Shown here one piece after another: positions 5,442-6,801 of a stretch of 6,801 nucleotides of DNA; within the stretch, counting starts at the first letter, position 1, and every line of letters begins with the position of its first letter. The translations under genes were made by a program, and so were the position numbers. Where the stretch lies: assembly GCA_016748015.1 (NCBI GenBank), contig JAAOMT010000537.1:1-6801 (forward strand), given 5' to 3'. A model generated the notes under the pieces. That model searched no databases. It was not told the origin of the DNA and saw only the letters and a list, made by a program, of their open reading frames with translations. This DNA is from Geosiphon pyriformis uo1 (taxonomy: Eukaryota > Fungi > Glomeromycota).

Positions 5442-6801
5442 CCCACTATCACAAAAGGAGGGTTAAATACATGGATACTCAATATAAAGACTGATCCCAC
5501 CATACCAATCTCAGAGCTTTGTACTGTATTACCCAATCAAACTACTACGATTACTCCCATCCCCAATACTAAGCATTTGTTCTCAGGACCTGTTTTCACA
5601 ATGGTTACCGGCCGTACCCAATCAGACTATAAATTAGCTAGCTCTAGTATACCATTCCATATATACCATGGGTATCTTCTATGAGTAAGGAGTGCTTGAT
5701 TGCTTGATAGCTTCGTACTCAGCCATATATAGTACAAGCTTACCAATTAAGGGGATCATACCAAACACAAAAATCTAGGGACTGGGTACTCATGATGGCT
5801 ATTAGGGCCCAAGTGGTACAAGTATCCTATACAACAATAACCAGAGTAGTCTTACATTAGTAACTGGCCTTTATAATGATACCCATGATCAATCCTCATT
5901 TGTTTGCTTCTTAGCCCCAATGTAAAACCCAAATAACCAGTACAACCAATAAACTACAAGTATCGATCCTGAAATGTATGACTTGTGGTATATCCAGAGG
6001 TGGGAGACAAGTAACCAAAAGTATTTATTGATCTGATCCCTTGTTTAGATAGTGTACTGAGGTAAGTATTGCCTCAATTTATGGCTGGTGAAGCTCCTAC
6101 TAATAAAGGGGCCCTATAGCCAAGTCCCAAAGTTACCGTGTACTTGTACCACAATACTGTCAGTAAATAGTCTAAATAATGTAAACCAATCCTATGTATC
6201 GATTATATGGTTGTGTACTCAGTGGTATTAGTTTCGTAGCCAAGCCAATTACACTGATACAAATCAAAGGGACCATGAGTAAAGCTGCTGCCACGTTACG
6301 GTAACTACCCAAAGTACTCCTCATCAAGGATCCTTTGCTTTGGCTAATTTTGATCCTGCAAGCCCTATAAGCTACTAGATGATCAACTATAGGATTTTAT
6401 CAGGATTAGTGGTAGTCCCAAAAACCAGTCCAATCCCCAAGGATCCCTTGAGTAATAGTTAAAAGCCAGTACTTCTCTAAAATGCTCATAAACTGGATCG
6501 GTATCTGTACTATAAAGTAAGGGGATCTACTACCTCTACAAGGATTTATGAGGACCCCATGATGGCTGTCCTCAGGTCCAAAAGAGGTATAAAGCTTTGG
6601 TTCGCGTCTTCAGTCCATATCCGAACTAGATAGAGTGATTGCAGTAGTAAACGACTTAAACTTACCCAGGATGGTCAATTTGGTCCCCTCACACAATTTG
6701 GTATCTATGGGTTGGGTGGGGGTTTGTTGGGTGGTGGGGGGGACTACGGCTCGGGGGCGGGGCCGGAGGCACCCCCCCCTCCCACCAGTACACACCCAGG
6801 G
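5442..6801 (+). repeat. Second copy of the 1,360-nt direct repeat (circular wrap-around)
   Basis: Matches 1-1360. ORF 6610..6795 duplicates part of ORF 1169..1396. 1,360 is 25% of 5,441, which suggests a deliberate or assembly wrap of a circular contig rather than an LTR. Confidence 0.97.

Noticed and set aside
2296-5684. Standard-code ORFs of 60-93 aa on both strands
   Set aside because: Number and length fit random expectation, several start at TTG/GTG, and I saw no consistent RBS or Kozak context or recognisable motifs.
5442-6801. Terminal repeat as a retroelement LTR pair
   Set aside because: No TG...CA ends, PBS/PPT or gag-pol. The repeat runs exactly to both window edges and equals 25% of the unit, as expected for circular wrap-around.

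Overview
Bases 5442-6801 repeat bases 1-1360, so the window is best read as one 5,441-nt circular molecule with about a 25% wrap-around. I found no recognisable gene: no Rep, RdRp, capsid, integrase, rRNA, tRNA or canonical ribozyme. The standard-code ORFs of 60 aa or more look like background. The circle has two compartments. (1) A ~800-nt GC-rich, CpG-containing region (~1268-2060) is bracketed by two related Y-shaped hairpins. It also carries repeated CC-GGA-GG and C-TAC-G triloop hairpins, short iteron-like repeats, a TTTTGG-rich strand-biased core and an exact Pol III B-box-like motif, so it looks like an origin or control region. (2) The other ~4.6 kb is CpG-poor and strongly enriched for GTAC and GGATCC palindromes and for a dispersed heptamer, GTACTCA/TGAGTAC (12 copies in the circle by manual count, under 1 expected). 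One 265-codon frame (3350-4147, +) is open only if TGA is read as sense. My best inference is an apparently gene-less or cryptically coding, non-autonomous circular replicon: a satellite or non-coding segment of an ssDNA virus, an organellar 'empty' minicircle, or a circular RNA. Host and molecule type cannot be determined from the sequence alone. All counts are manual and approximate.
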